From Lachnospiraceae bacterium (GTDB lineage: Bacteria; Bacillota; Clostridia; Lachnospirales; Lachnospiraceae): a stretch of DNA of 64,000 nucleotides. The translations under genes and the position numbers were made by a program. The notes beneath the pieces were generated by a model, which did no database searches, was not told the origin of the DNA, and saw only the letters and a program-made list of their open reading frames with translations. The stretch spans positions 12,861-76,860 of the forward strand of contig JAFRRM010000003.1 in the NCBI GenBank assembly GCA_017428105.1. Reading direction: 5' to 3'. Below, piece by piece: positions 1 through 10,110 of this stretch. The stretch's first letter is position 1, and every line of letters starts with the position of its first letter.

Positions 1-1727
1 CCGGCCGCGACGAGGGCGTCTTCCAGCTGGAATCTTCGGGCATGAAGAGCTTCATGCGGGAACTGAAGCCCGCCAACATCGAGGACCTGATCGCCGGCAT
101 CTCCCTGTACCGGCCCGGCCCCATGCAGTTCATCCCGGATTACATCCGCGGCAAGAACGATCCGGCCTCCGTGCGCTATCTGACGCCTCAGCTGGAGCCG
201 ATCCTGTCCGATACCTACGGCTGCATGGTCTATCAGGAGCAGGTCATGCAGATCGTGCGCGACCTGGGCGGCTATTCCATGGGCCGCAGCGATCTGGTGC
301 GCCGCGCGATGAGCAAGAAGAAGGAATCCGTGATGCGCCAGGAACGCCAGAATTTCGTCTTCGGCAATGCGGCGGAAGGCGTTCCGGGATGCATTTCACG
401 CGGCATCGCCCCGGAGATCGCCAACACGATCTTCGACCAGATGATGGACTTCGCCCAGTATGCCTTCAACCGCTCCCACGCGGCCGGCTACGCGGTGGTG
501 GCCTATCAGACGGCTTATCTGAAATGCTATTACCCGGTGGAATTCATGGCGGCGCTCATGACGTCGGTGATGGACGTGACGTCCAAAGTCTCCGAATACA
601 TCGCCGTCTGCCGCCAGATGAACATCCGTGTGCTGCCGCCGGACATTAATGAGAGCAGTTACGGCTTCGCCCCCGCCGGCGATGCCATCCGCTACGGACT
701 GACCGCCATCAAGGGCATCGGCAAAAACGTGGTGGACGCGATCGTGGCCGAACGGGAAGACGGCGGCCCGTTCACCGGCCTGGAGAATTTCCTGGACCGC
801 ATGAACGGCAAAGGGTTGAACAAACGCGGCGTCGAAAGCTTCATCTACGCCGGCGCGATGGACGGCCTGCCCGGGACCCGCAGCCAGAAGATCGCGGTCT
901 ATGCGGAACTGATGGACCAGATCCAGCGGAAGAAAAAAGACAGTTTCACGGGGCAGATGAGTCTGTTCGACCTCAGCCCGGCGGAGGATCAGAGCCGCTT
1001 TTCGGTCGGTTTCCCCGACGTGCCGGAATTCAGCCTGTCCGAGAAACTGACTTATGAAAACGCCGTCCTGGGCCTGTACGTCAGCGGCCACCCGCTGGAA
1101 GAGGACGCCGCCCTGCTGCGCCGCAACATCACGGCCCGCCTGTGCGATTTCAACGTGAACGAGGACACCGGCGAATGCAACGTGACCGACGGCTCCGTCG
1201 TGACGGTCGGCGGCCTCGTAAAGCAGAAGACGGTGCGGAACACGCGCAGCGGCAACATGATGATGATCCTGCAGCTTGAAGACCTCACGGACAGCATCGA
1301 GATCCTGTGCTTCCCGCGCGAGACCGAGAATTACCGGGAACGGATCGAGGAAGGCAGCCGCGTCTTCATCCGGGGCCGCGTCTCGCTGGGCGACGACGCC
1401 AAAGGCAAGCTGATCTGCGCGCAGATCCTGTTCTTTGACGACCTGCCCCAGGAACCCTACGTGCTGTTTGACGACCGGGCCGCTTACGACCTGGATAAAT
1501 ACCGCCTGGCGAAGCTCCTGCGAGGCGTCACCTGTGTGGTCACACTGAAGGCGGAGCGCCAGATGAAAAGGATCGAAGGCCTGAAGACCGCGGTCCTGAC
1601 CGACGAGATCCTGGAAGAACTGAAAGACGCCTTCGGAGAAGACCGCGTGGCCGTCCGGGAGCGGAACGTCCGTTATCTGTGGTCCGCGGGACTGCGGAGC
1701 CAGGGGAATGGTGCGGACCCGTTCTGA
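1..1727 (+). CDS. dnaE: DNA polymerase III alpha subunit, C-terminal ~570 aa (5' end lies outside the window)
   Basis: The frame is open to the window edge (..GVFQLESSGMKSFMRELKP..). DnaE-type motifs YRPGPM and FNRSHAAGYAVVAYQTAYLK are present, with an OB-fold-like tail. Stop at 1725-1727. Confidence 0.9.
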   Translation, partial: GRDEGVFQLESSGMKSFMRELKPANIEDLIAGISLYRPGPMQFIPDYIRGKNDPASVRYLTPQLEPILSDTYGCMVYQEQVMQIVRDLGGYSMGRSDLVRRAMSKKKESVMRQERQNFVFGNAAEGVPGCISRGIAPEIANTIFDQMMDFAQYAFNRSHAAGYAVVAYQTAYLKCYYPVEFMAALMTSVMDVTSKVSEYIAVCRQMNIRVLPPDINESSYGFAPAGDAIRYGLTAIKGIGKNVVDAIVAEREDGGPFTGLENFLDRMNGKGLNKRGVESFIYAGAMDGLPGTRSQKIAVYAELMDQIQRKKKDSFTGQMSLFDLSPAEDQSRFSVGFPDVPEFSLSEKLTYENAVLGLYVSGHPLEEDAALLRRNITARLCDFNVNEDTGECNVTDGSVVTVGGLVKQKTVRNTRSGNMMMILQLEDLTDSIEILCFPRETENYRERIEEGSRVFIRGRVSLGDDAKGKLICAQILFFDDLPQEPYVLFDDRAAYDLDKYRLAKLLRGVTCVVTLKAERQMKRIEGLKTAVLTDEILEELKDAFGEDRVAVRERNVRYLWSAGLRSQGNGADPF

Positions 1728-1778
1728 ACCGCCCCGGCCGCCGGAGCCTGGCCCGAAATACAGAAGGAGGTGAAGGAG

Positions 1779-4079
1779 ATGAAACCGACAGAACTGCGCT
1801 CTGAGATCGCCGCGATCAACGACGATCATGCCATACACGCCGTTTCGGACGAGGATGAGATGCCTCAGGCCGACGCACAGGAAAGCACGCCGGAAAATCT
1901 TTACAGGCAGCTGGTCGCCACGATCCGCAAATATCACCCCTCCGATGACATGAAGCAGATCCGGGAGGCGTACGAGTTGGCCAGCGAGGCGCACAAAAAC
2001 CAGATGCGCCGTTCGGGCGACCCGTACATCACCCACCCGCTGCACGTCGCCATCATCCTGGCGGAGCTCGAGATGGACAAGGAGTCCATCATCGCCGGCC
2101 TTCTGCACGATGTGGTGGAGGACACGGATTATACGCTGGAGGACATCGAAAAGCGCTTCGGCCCGGACGTGTCCTTGCTGGTGGACGGCGTCACGAAACT
2201 GACGCGGCTGTCCCTGGGCACCACGGATAAGCTGGAAATGCAGGCGGAGAACCTGCGCAAGATGTTCCTGTCCATGTCCAAGGACATCCGGATCATCATC
2301 ATCAAGCTCGCCGACCGTCTTCACAACATGCGGACCCTGCAGTATCAGAGGCCCGAAAAGCAGCGCGAAAAGGCCGCGGAAACGCTGGATATCTACGCGC
2401 CGCTGGCCAGCCGTCTGGGCATTTTCCGCCTGAAGATGGAACTGGATAACCTGAGCCTGCAGTATCTGGAACCGGAAAAATACGCCAAACTGGTGCGCGA
2501 TATCGACGAGCGCTCGCATTCCCGCGAGGAATTCGTCCAGTCCATCGTGTCGGACGTCAGCTCGCACTTAAAGGAAGCCGGCATCAACGCCAAAGTCTAC
2601 GGCCGCGTCAAGCACATCTTCAGCATTTACAAGAAGATGGCCATCCAGCAGAAGAGCCTGGACGAGATCTACGACCTCTTCGCCATCCGTGTGCTGGTCA
2701 ATACGGTCCAGGACTGCTACGCCGTACTGGGCCTTATCCACGAGATGTACATGCCGCTGCCGGGCCGTTTCAAAGATTATATCGCCATCCCGAAGGCCAA
2801 CATGTACCAGTCGCTGCACACGACGGTCATCGGCAAGAGCGGCGTGCCGTTCGAGATCCAGATCCGGACGTACGAGATGCACCGGACGGCCGAATACGGC
2901 GTCGCGGCGCACTGGAAATACAAAGAAGGCGGCAGCATCACCAAGGAAGAAGAGAAGCTGAACTGGCTGCGCCAGATCCTGGAATGGCAGCGCGACATGC
3001 CGGACAACACCGAATTCATGGAGAGCGTCCGCAATGACCTGGACATCTTCGCGGACACGGTGTACTGCTTCACGCCGCAGGGCGACGTCAAAAACCTGCC
3101 CGCCGGCTCCACGCCCATCGATTTTGCCTACGCCATCCACAGCGCGGTGGGCAACAAGATGGTCGGTGCGCGCGTCAATGAAAAGCTGGTCCCGATCGAC
3201 TACAAGCTGCGCAACGGAGACCGTGTGGAGATCATCACCTCCCAGAATTCCCGCGGCCCCAGCCGCGACTGGCTGAACATGGTGAAATCCTCCCAGGCGC
3301 GGAACAAGATCAACCAGTGGTTCAAGGAACAGAATAAAGAGGACAACATCGATAAAGGCCGCGACCTGCTGGAACGCAGCGCCAAGGCCAAGGGCTACGT
3401 CCTGTCCGAACTGCTGCGGCCCGAGTACATGGAAAAGGTCATGAAGAAGTACGGCTTCCAGGAATGGAACGCGGTGCTGGCCTCCATCGGGCACGGCGGC
3501 ATCAAGGAAGGCCAGGTCATCAACCGCCTGGCGGAGGAACGGCGCAAGGACCAGCAGAGCCACATCACGGACGCCCAGGTCATCGAGCTGGTGCAGGAGC
3601 AGGGCCGGAAGGCCGTGGCCCACAGCAAGGGCGGCATCGTGGTGGAAGGGATCAACGATCTGGCCGTGCATTTCTCACGCTGCTGCAGCCCGATCCCCGG
3701 CGACGAGATCGTCGGTTTCGTGACCCGCGGACGCGGCATTTCCATCCACCGCACGGACTGCGTCAACGTGATGAACCTGCCCGCCGAGGAGCGCGACCGC
3801 CTGATCGAAGCCGAATGGCAGCTGCCGGAAGAAAACTCCCGCGAGCGCTATCTGGCCAACATGATCATTTACGTGAACAACCGCGTGGGCATGCTGGCCG
3901 ACATCTCCCGGGTGATGACGGAGATGAACATCGACATCGTCAGCCTCAACACCAAAGTCAACAAGCAGGGGATCGCGACGGTGGAACTCTCGTTCCAGTC
4001 CACGGGCACGACCGAGATCAATACCGTCACGGCGAAGCTCAAACAGATCAGCGGGGTCTTTGACGTGACCCGCATGTAG
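1779..4079 (+). CDS. relA: Bifunctional (p)ppGpp synthetase/hydrolase (RelA/SpoT homologue)
   Basis: HD hydrolase motif LHDVVEDT, synthetase core (YQSLHTTV, EIQIRT), TGS region and C-terminal ACT-like domain. ATG 1779 lies 8 nt after GAAGGAGG, so the track's GTG at 1770 is less likely. Confidence 0.9.
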   Translation: MKPTELRSEIAAINDDHAIHAVSDEDEMPQADAQESTPENLYRQLVATIRKYHPSDDMKQIREAYELASEAHKNQMRRSGDPYITHPLHVAIILAELEMDKESIIAGLLHDVVEDTDYTLEDIEKRFGPDVSLLVDGVTKLTRLSLGTTDKLEMQAENLRKMFLSMSKDIRIIIIKLADRLHNMRTLQYQRPEKQREKAAETLDIYAPLASRLGIFRLKMELDNLSLQYLEPEKYAKLVRDIDERSHSREEFVQSIVSDVSSHLKEAGINAKVYGRVKHIFSIYKKMAIQQKSLDEIYDLFAIRVLVNTVQDCYAVLGLIHEMYMPLPGRFKDYIAIPKANMYQSLHTTVIGKSGVPFEIQIRTYEMHRTAEYGVAAHWKYKEGGSITKEEEKLNWLRQILEWQRDMPDNTEFMESVRNDLDIFADTVYCFTPQGDVKNLPAGSTPIDFAYAIHSAVGNKMVGARVNEKLVPIDYKLRNGDRVEIITSQNSRGPSRDWLNMVKSSQARNKINQWFKEQNKEDNIDKGRDLLERSAKAKGYVLSELLRPEYMEKVMKKYGFQEWNAVLASIGHGGIKEGQVINRLAEERRKDQQSHITDAQVIELVQEQGRKAVAHSKGGIVVEGINDLAVHFSRCCSPIPGDEIVGFVTRGRGISIHRTDCVNVMNLPAEERDRLIEAEWQLPEENSRERYLANMIIYVNNRVGMLADISRVMTEMNIDIVSLNTKVNKQGIATVELSFQSTGTTEINTVTAKLKQISGVFDVTRM

Positions 4080-4087
4080 GAGGAAAC

Positions 4088-4756
4088 ATGAACAGTCTGC
4101 GGATCAAACCGAAAGAATACGAGGGCTTTGCGATCCGGAAAGCGGTGGTGGGCCCCATCGCCACCAACGTGTATTTCCTGATCAATACGGCCACGAAAGA
4201 AGCCCTGATCGCGGATCCCGGAGCGGAAGGCCCCCTGCTGGTGCAGTATCTGAAGACCAACGGATACACGCCCGCCGCCATCCTGCTCACGCACGGCCAT
4301 GAGGACCACATCCAGGCGGTGCAGGACCTGAAGGATGCTTTCGGGTGCCCCGTGCTGTGTCATGAGGCGGAAGCGGAGCTGCTGGCGGATCCGGCCATGA
4401 ACTGCTCCGCCTTCGAAGGAACGCGCTGTTCTGTGTCCGCGGACCGGCTTCTGAAGGAAGGTGAGGAAGTGACGCTGGGCGGCATGACGTTCCGCGTGCT
4501 GCACACGCCGGGCCATACGGCCGGAAGCTGCTGCTATTATTTTCCCGCCTATGAACTGCTGATCAGCGGCGACACCCTGTTCCACGGCTCCTACGGCCGC
4601 ACGGACCTGCCTACGGGCAGCGATGCGCAGATGCTGGCATCCATCCGGCGCCTCCTGTCGGAACTGCCCGGCGATACGATCGTTTATCCCGGACATATGG
4701 ACCGCACCTACATTGCCTTTGAACAGCGCTTCAATCCGCTGGCGGAGTTCGTATGA
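4088..4756 (+). CDS. MBL-fold metallo-hydrolase (glyoxalase II-like)
   Basis: THGHEDH metal-binding motif in a 222-aa protein, with AGGAGGAA upstream of the ATG. Confidence 0.8.
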   Translation: MNSLRIKPKEYEGFAIRKAVVGPIATNVYFLINTATKEALIADPGAEGPLLVQYLKTNGYTPAAILLTHGHEDHIQAVQDLKDAFGCPVLCHEAEAELLADPAMNCSAFEGTRCSVSADRLLKEGEEVTLGGMTFRVLHTPGHTAGSCCYYFPAYELLISGDTLFHGSYGRTDLPTGSDAQMLASIRRLLSELPGDTIVYPGHMDRTYIAFEQRFNPLAEFV

Positions 4757-6174
4757 TCGGATTTTACTACCCGGACGGGAAGGAAAATTTCGAATATGAC
4801 GTGCGCGGTCTGCTGACGTCCTTTTTCCCGGGCGAGGAGATCCGGAAGATCCCCGGCGCGATGACGGAAGAAGAAGGCCGCGCCGCCGGATTCCGCGTCG
4901 TGTACGCAGTGCCTGAACCGGACTTTACCCGGCCGTATGAAGACATCAAGAACGCCTTCAAGCGCCGCGTCTATGACGAGCTGCGAGGCATCTGCGGGAC
5001 CGGCCTCCCCTGGGGCACGCTGACGGGGATCCGCCCGACCAAACTGATCATGCAGATGCTGGAAGAAGGCAGACGCCCGGCTGAGATCGCGGAGCGCATG
5101 CGCCGCGTCTATTACCTGGACGGCGAAAAGCTGAGTTTGGCCATTGCCATCGCCCAGCGGGAGCGTGCCGTGCTGGCGGGGCTCTCGGGGCCGGAAGGCT
5201 GGAGCCTGTACGCCGGCATCCCGTTCTGCCCCAGCCGCTGCTCGTACTGTTCCTTCACGTCCTATCCGATCGGTCAGGCGGCCGGGAAGGTGGAACCGTA
5301 TCTGGAGACGCTGTTTTACGAGATGGATCAGAGCATCCCGCTCATGAAAGGCGTGCAGCCGGATACCGTATACATCGGCGGCGGAACGCCCACCGCGCTG
5401 AGTGCCGGGCAGCTGGACCGCCTGCTGGACAGGATCTGCCGCAGCGTCGACGCGGACCGCGTGAAGGAATTCACCGTGGAAGCGGGCCGCCCGGACAGCA
5501 TCACGCAGGAGAAACTGCGCGTGCTGCGGAACTACCCCGTCAGCCGCATCTCCGTCAATCCCCAGACCATGCAGCAGCGGACGCTGGATGCGATCGGACG
5601 CCTCCATACGGTGGAGGACATCGTCCGGGCATTCGGAATGGTCCGGGAAGCCGGCTTCGATAACGTCAACATGGACCTGATCCTGGGCCTGCCCGGCGAG
5701 ACTGCGGATGACGTGCGTGACACGCTGGCCCAGCTCAGACCGCTGGCGCCGGAAAGCCTGACCGTACATGCGCTGGCCGTCAAACGGGCCTCCCGCCTGC
5801 GCCGCGAGGGTAGCGGCACCGGAGAAGAAGACCGCTTCGGCCCGTCCTATGAGAAGGACGAACCGGCCGAAATGATGCGGGCGGCCGCCGCGGGCGCGCA
5901 GGAGATGGGCCTGTTCCCCTATTATCTGTACCGCCAGAAAAACATGGCCGGCAATCTGGAGAACGTCGGCTATGCCGCGCCGGGGAAAGAAGGCCTCTAC
6001 AACATCTTGATTATGGAGGAAAAACAGAGTATCCTTGCCTTGGGCGCGGGCAACATCAGCAAAGCGGTGTACCCGGACGGCCGCATCGAGCGGGCGGACA
6101 ACGTCAAAGGGCTGGAGGAATACCGGCTGCGCATAGAGGAAATGATCGAAAGGAAGCGGAAATTATGGCTTTGA
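4753..6174 (+). CDS. hemZ: HemN/HemZ-family radical SAM protein (coproporphyrinogen dehydrogenase-like)
   Basis: CPSRCSYCSF (CxxxCxxC) radical SAM cluster motif, GGGTP motif and HemN-type C-terminal region. ATGA overlap with the upstream gene. Confidence 0.7.
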   Translation: MIGFYYPDGKENFEYDVRGLLTSFFPGEEIRKIPGAMTEEEGRAAGFRVVYAVPEPDFTRPYEDIKNAFKRRVYDELRGICGTGLPWGTLTGIRPTKLIMQMLEEGRRPAEIAERMRRVYYLDGEKLSLAIAIAQRERAVLAGLSGPEGWSLYAGIPFCPSRCSYCSFTSYPIGQAAGKVEPYLETLFYEMDQSIPLMKGVQPDTVYIGGGTPTALSAGQLDRLLDRICRSVDADRVKEFTVEAGRPDSITQEKLRVLRNYPVSRISVNPQTMQQRTLDAIGRLHTVEDIVRAFGMVREAGFDNVNMDLILGLPGETADDVRDTLAQLRPLAPESLTVHALAVKRASRLRREGSGTGEEDRFGPSYEKDEPAEMMRAAAAGAQEMGLFPYYLYRQKNMAGNLENVGYAAPGKEGLYNILIMEEKQSILALGAGNISKAVYPDGRIERADNVKGLEEYRLRIEEMIERKRKLWL

Positions 6175-7418
6175 ACAAGAACGCCGTGACCGGCATGCGG
6201 GACATCATGCCCCGCGAGATGATCCTGCGGGACTACGTGATCGGACTGATCAAGGAGACCTACAAGAGCTTCGGCTACACCCCCATCGAGACGCCCGTCG
6301 TGGAGTCCCTGGGCAACCTGCTGAGCAAGCAGGGCGGCGATAACGAAAAACTCATTTTTAAAGTGCTGAAACGCGGGGAGAAGCTGAAGATCGCCGAAGC
6401 GAAGACGGAGGACGATCTGGCGGACTCCGGCCTGCGCTACGATCTGACGGTCCCGCTGGTCCGCTACTTCTCCGCGCATAACGGCGAACTGCCCAAGCCT
6501 TTCAAGGCGCTGCAGGTCGGCCCCGTGTTCCGCGCGGACCGGCCTCAGAAGGGCCGTTTCCGCCAGTTTTACCAGTGCGACATCGACATTCTCGGGGAAG
6601 GCTCGCAGGCGGCGGAGATCGACCTGCTGCTCGCCACGTCCACGCTGCTGGGACGTCTGGGCTTCTCCGGCTTTATCCTGCACATCAACGACCGGCGCCT
6701 GCTGAAGGCGATGGCGGCGTACTGCGGCATCGGCCCGGACCGCTGCGACGATGCCTTCATCACCTGGGACAAGATGGACAAGATCGGCCTGGACGGCGTG
6801 ATGAAAGAGATGGCGGAGAACGGTTTCTCCGCAGAGACCGTGGCGGCTTACGGGACCCTGAGCGGAGCGCTGATGAACGCGCAGGAACCGCTGAAGGCTC
6901 TGGCAGAACTGCTGGCGGAGCAGGACGGCGTGGCGGCGTATACCGCCGCCCTGGAGACCATCATCCGCTCCGTGGAGGAAGCGGCCAGCGTGCCCTTTAC
7001 CGTGAAATTCGATCCGACCCTGGTGCGCGGCATGTCCTATTATACCGGCCCCATCTTCGAACTGGAGCTGGCGGACTTCGGCAGCGCGGCCGGCGGCGGC
7101 GGACGGTATGACGAAATGGTGGGCAAATTCATCGGCCAGCAGGTCCCGGCCTGCGGCATCTCCATCGGCTTCGAGCGCCTCATCACCATCCTGATGGACC
7201 AGGATTATCAGGTGCCGGGCGCGCCGCGGAAGAAAGCCTATCTGCTGGAGAAGAACCTGCCCGAAGAACAGGCGCTGTCCGTGCGCAGACAGGCGGCGCA
7301 GGAACGCGCGGAAGGCCTCACCGTCCTGGTCAGCCCCATGATCAAGAACAAGAAGTTCCAGAAAGAACAGCTTGCAGCGGAAGGCTATACGGAGATCGAA
7401 GAGGTCTATAAAAAGTGA
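6165..7418 (+). CDS. hisS: Histidine--tRNA ligase
   Basis: Class II aaRS layout with GMRD near the N-terminus, motif 3 GGGGRYDEM, and a C-terminal anticodon-binding domain. The start overlaps the stop of the preceding gene. Confidence 0.85.
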   Translation: MALNKNAVTGMRDIMPREMILRDYVIGLIKETYKSFGYTPIETPVVESLGNLLSKQGGDNEKLIFKVLKRGEKLKIAEAKTEDDLADSGLRYDLTVPLVRYFSAHNGELPKPFKALQVGPVFRADRPQKGRFRQFYQCDIDILGEGSQAAEIDLLLATSTLLGRLGFSGFILHINDRRLLKAMAAYCGIGPDRCDDAFITWDKMDKIGLDGVMKEMAENGFSAETVAAYGTLSGALMNAQEPLKALAELLAEQDGVAAYTAALETIIRSVEEAASVPFTVKFDPTLVRGMSYYTGPIFELELADFGSAAGGGGRYDEMVGKFIGQQVPACGISIGFERLITILMDQDYQVPGAPRKKAYLLEKNLPEEQALSVRRQAAQERAEGLTVLVSPMIKNKKFQKEQLAAEGYTEIEEVYKK

Positions 7419-8200
7419 CCGGACAGGAACGGAAACCGAATGATGCAGGCGCCTGGGAACCGGCACCGGTAAAAGAACCGGAGACGGAACCGGAGAAGGA
7501 AGCGGAGAAGGCCCCGGACAGGGAAAAGCAGAAAGACAGGTCCAAAGCCATCCGCCGGAAAGCGCTGGGAGCCGCCGCGGCCGTGACAACGGGCACCGCG
7601 GTGCTCGTCAACGGCCTTTTCGGGAATCCGGACGACATGCTGAAGGCGAATGACGAACTGAACAAGCCCCAAGTCGCTTATTACGTGGAAGAGGATACGG
7701 AAGAGGAGGAGACCGGCGGAGAGGAAGAAGAGGACGGGGAAGAAACGCTCACGCCCGGCCTCCGCATCAAGCGCTGGATCTGGTCCTGGCCGCTGGCGCT
7801 GCGCGTGCTGATCGGCCTGCCGCTGTGGGCGATGGGCTGGGGCGTCTGCCAGGCCGCCCAGCTGCTCTGGAAAACGATCCTGAACCCGGTGCTGCAGGTC
7901 CTTCTCAGCATCCTGACCGTGTTTGCGGTCCTGGCCGGAGTGACAGCGCTGGCGGGGCGCGCGCTGTTCCCGGAACTCCCGCTGCGGGAAGTTTTCAAAA
8001 AGAGCCGCCTGATCGCATTGGGCGCCGGTTCTATCGTCCTGGAAATATTCATCGCGCTGCTGCCTGCGATTTGGAAGGAAGCCGAGCCCTATGCGGGCCT
8101 CATCCGCTTCGGCGGCGGCGCGCTGATCCTGGCCGGCCTGCTGCTCAGCATGCTGGTCACGAAAGAGCGCCGGAAACGGTATGTCCTGGGCCTGGAATAA
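7415..8200 (+). CDS. Hypothetical membrane protein with a K/E/P-rich and poly-acidic N-terminal region
   Basis: GTG start forms a GTGA overlap with the hisS stop. About 110 aa of low complexity is followed by 4-5 hydrophobic helices. A strong terminator follows at 8254-8292. I recognise no family. Confidence 0.5.
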   Translation: MTGQERKPNDAGAWEPAPVKEPETEPEKEAEKAPDREKQKDRSKAIRRKALGAAAAVTTGTAVLVNGLFGNPDDMLKANDELNKPQVAYYVEEDTEEEETGGEEEEDGEETLTPGLRIKRWIWSWPLALRVLIGLPLWAMGWGVCQAAQLLWKTILNPVLQVLLSILTVFAVLAGVTALAGRALFPELPLREVFKKSRLIALGAGSIVLEIFIALLPAIWKEAEPYAGLIRFGGGALILAGLLLSMLVTKERRKRYVLGLE

Positions 8201-8253
8201 GGGCAGGCTTAAGACCGGAATAAGCACGGAAATGACTGCCGTACAGAACTTTT

Positions 8254-8292
8254 CATCTGTCAAGAAAAAATACTTGACAGATGTTTTTTTTT
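8254..8292 (+). terminator. Intrinsic terminator after the 7415-8200 gene
   Basis: Perfect 11-bp inverted repeat CATCTGTCAAG / CTTGACAGATG with an 8-nt loop, followed by nine T residues. Confidence 0.8.
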
Positions 8293-8302
8293 GTGCTAAT
8301 CT
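8274..8302 (+). promoter_or_regulatory. Possible sigma-A promoter of the ylxM-ffh operon, embedded in the terminator
   Basis: TTGACA (8274-8279), 17-nt spacer, TGcTAATCT extended -10 (8294-8302). The -35 lies inside the right arm of the terminator hairpin, so it may be fortuitous. Confidence 0.3.
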
Positions 8303-8317
8303 CCCCAAGGTGACGCT

Positions 8318-8662
8318 ATGGACAAGAACTTTGAGCATGCGCTGTATTATGATTTCTACGGAGCCCTGCTGACCGAAAAGCAGCGCCGGATCTACGAGGA
8401 AGTCCGCTTCGGGGATCTGAGCCTTTCCGAAGCCTCGGAGACTTTCGGCATCAGCCGCCAGGGCATCCACGACACGCTCCGCCGGGTGGACGCGTCCCTG
8501 GAAGCCTATGAGGCAAAACTGGGGCTCGTCCGGCAGTTCCGCCAGATCCGGGAAAAAGCGGAGCAGATCCGCCTGATCTGCGGAGATCTGGAAGAAGACA
8601 GCAACCGCCCCGAAGACATCGCCCGGATCCTTCGTCTGACGAAGGAGATAGAAGAACTGTAA
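8318..8662 (+). CDS. ylxM: YlxM/p13-family putative DNA-binding protein (UPF0122)
   Basis: 114-aa protein with a helix-turn-helix-like LTEKQRRIYE..SLSEASETFGISRQGIHD, placed immediately upstream of ffh as in other Firmicutes. Confidence 0.8.
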   Translation: MDKNFEHALYYDFYGALLTEKQRRIYEEVRFGDLSLSEASETFGISRQGIHDTLRRVDASLEAYEAKLGLVRQFRQIREKAEQIRLICGDLEEDSNRPEDIARILRLTKEIEEL

Positions 8663-8671
8663 GGAAACGAC

Positions 8672-10018
8672 ATGGCATTTGAAAGCTTATCCGAAAAAAT
8701 ACAGGCCGCATTCCAGAAGCTGACCAGCAAAGGCTACCTGACCGAAGCGGACGTCCGCTCCGCCATGAAGGAAGTCAAGATGGCCCTGCTGGAAGCGGAT
8801 GTCAACTATAAAGTCGTCAAGGACTTCGTCAAGGCGGTGGAAGAGCGGGCCGTCGGCGCCGAGGTCATGAAGTCCTTAACGCCCGGCCAGGCCGTCATCA
8901 AGATCGTCAATGAGGAAATGATCCGCATGATGGGCGGCGAAGGCATCGAACTCGCCCTCCTGCCGCGCAACGAGATCACGGTCTACATGATGGTCGGCCT
9001 CCAGGGCGCCGGCAAGACCACCACAGCCGCCAAACTGGCCGCCCTCCTGCAGAAAAAGAAGGACCGCAGGCCCGTCCTCGTGGCCTGCGACATCTACCGG
9101 CCCGCCGCCATTGAACAGCTGAAAGTCAACGGCGAAAAACTCGGCATCCCGGTCTATTCCCCCGGCTCCGACATCAAACCGCCCCGCATCGCGGAGATGG
9201 CCATGGAGGAAGCCCGCGCCAGGGACTATAACCTCGTGATCCTGGATACCGCCGGCCGCCTCCACATCGACGAAACGATGATGGACGAGCTCAAGCAGAT
9301 CCGGGACACCGTGCCTCTCACCCAGACTATCCTGGTGCTGGACGCCATGACCGGTCAGGACGCGGTCAACGTGGCGCAGTCCTTTGACAGCCAGATCGGC
9401 GTGGACGGCGTCATCCTGACCAAACTGGATTCCGACACCCGCGGCGGCGCGGCCCTGTCCGTCCGCGCGGTCACCGGCAAGCCCATCTTTTATGCCGGCA
9501 TGGGCGAAAAACTGACGGATCTGGAACTGTTCAGCGCGCAGCGCATGGCCAATCGCATCCTCGGCATGGGCGACATCCTGAGCCTCATCGAGCGCGCGGA
9601 AGCCCTGGAAATGGACGACGCCAAGACCGAGGAGACCCTGCGCAAGATCCGCAAGTCCGAATTCGACCTGGAAGACTTCCTGGAGCAGATGCAGCAGCTC
9701 AAGAAGATGGGCAGCATTTCCGAACTGCTCAGTTTCCTTCCCGGCGTCGGGAAGCAGCTGCGGGGCGCGGAGCTCCCGGACGACAAGTCGCTGGGCAGGA
9801 TCGAAGCCATCATCCGCTCCATGACCCCGAAGGAGCGCCGCAAGCCCGACATCATCGGCGGCTCCCGCAAGCGCCGCATCGCCGCCGGCTCCGGCACCTC
9901 CGTCATGGAAGTGAACCGCCTGCTGAAGCAGTTTGAGGAAAGCCGGAAAATGATGAAGCAGATGACCGGCAAGATGGGCAAAAAGAAAGGCAGAATGCCG
10001 TTCAACCTGCCGTTTTAG
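8672..10018 (+). CDS. ffh: Signal recognition particle protein Ffh
   Basis: GTPase motifs GLQGAGKTTT, DTAGR and TKLD, with a Met-rich M domain at the C-terminus. Confidence 0.95.
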   Translation: MAFESLSEKIQAAFQKLTSKGYLTEADVRSAMKEVKMALLEADVNYKVVKDFVKAVEERAVGAEVMKSLTPGQAVIKIVNEEMIRMMGGEGIELALLPRNEITVYMMVGLQGAGKTTTAAKLAALLQKKKDRRPVLVACDIYRPAAIEQLKVNGEKLGIPVYSPGSDIKPPRIAEMAMEEARARDYNLVILDTAGRLHIDETMMDELKQIRDTVPLTQTILVLDAMTGQDAVNVAQSFDSQIGVDGVILTKLDSDTRGGAALSVRAVTGKPIFYAGMGEKLTDLELFSAQRMANRILGMGDILSLIERAEALEMDDAKTEETLRKIRKSEFDLEDFLEQMQQLKKMGSISELLSFLPGVGKQLRGAELPDDKSLGRIEAIIRSMTPKERRKPDIIGGSRKRRIAAGSGTSVMEVNRLLKQFEESRKMMKQMTGKMGKKKGRMPFNLPF

Positions 10019-10110
10019 AGATCATCAGTCAGAAAGACTTTTGATATAGGGCGGAAAACCGCCGAAGACCAAACAAGAAATCTCAACAAGAAAAAGGAAG
10101 GTAACAAATC

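Noticed and set aside
396-2567. A 723-aa minus-strand ORF antisense to dnaE/relA. Similar long antisense ORFs occur at 5997-7589, 12913-14532, 14732-16363, 20566-21858, 35862-37586, 38076-39536, 48218-49726, 59705-61678 and 61684-62904.
   Set aside because: Their translations are Arg/Gly/Ala/His-rich with no recognisable motifs. Each lies opposite a gene with clear family signatures. They are shadow frames typical of GC-rich DNA.
7440-7760. Repetitive-looking GAACCGGAG / GAAGAGGA stretches, considered as a tandem repeat or CRISPR-like array.
   Set aside because: They are in-frame low-complexity coding sequence (PE/KE and poly-Glu) within the 7415-8200 ORF. There are no regular repeat-spacer units.
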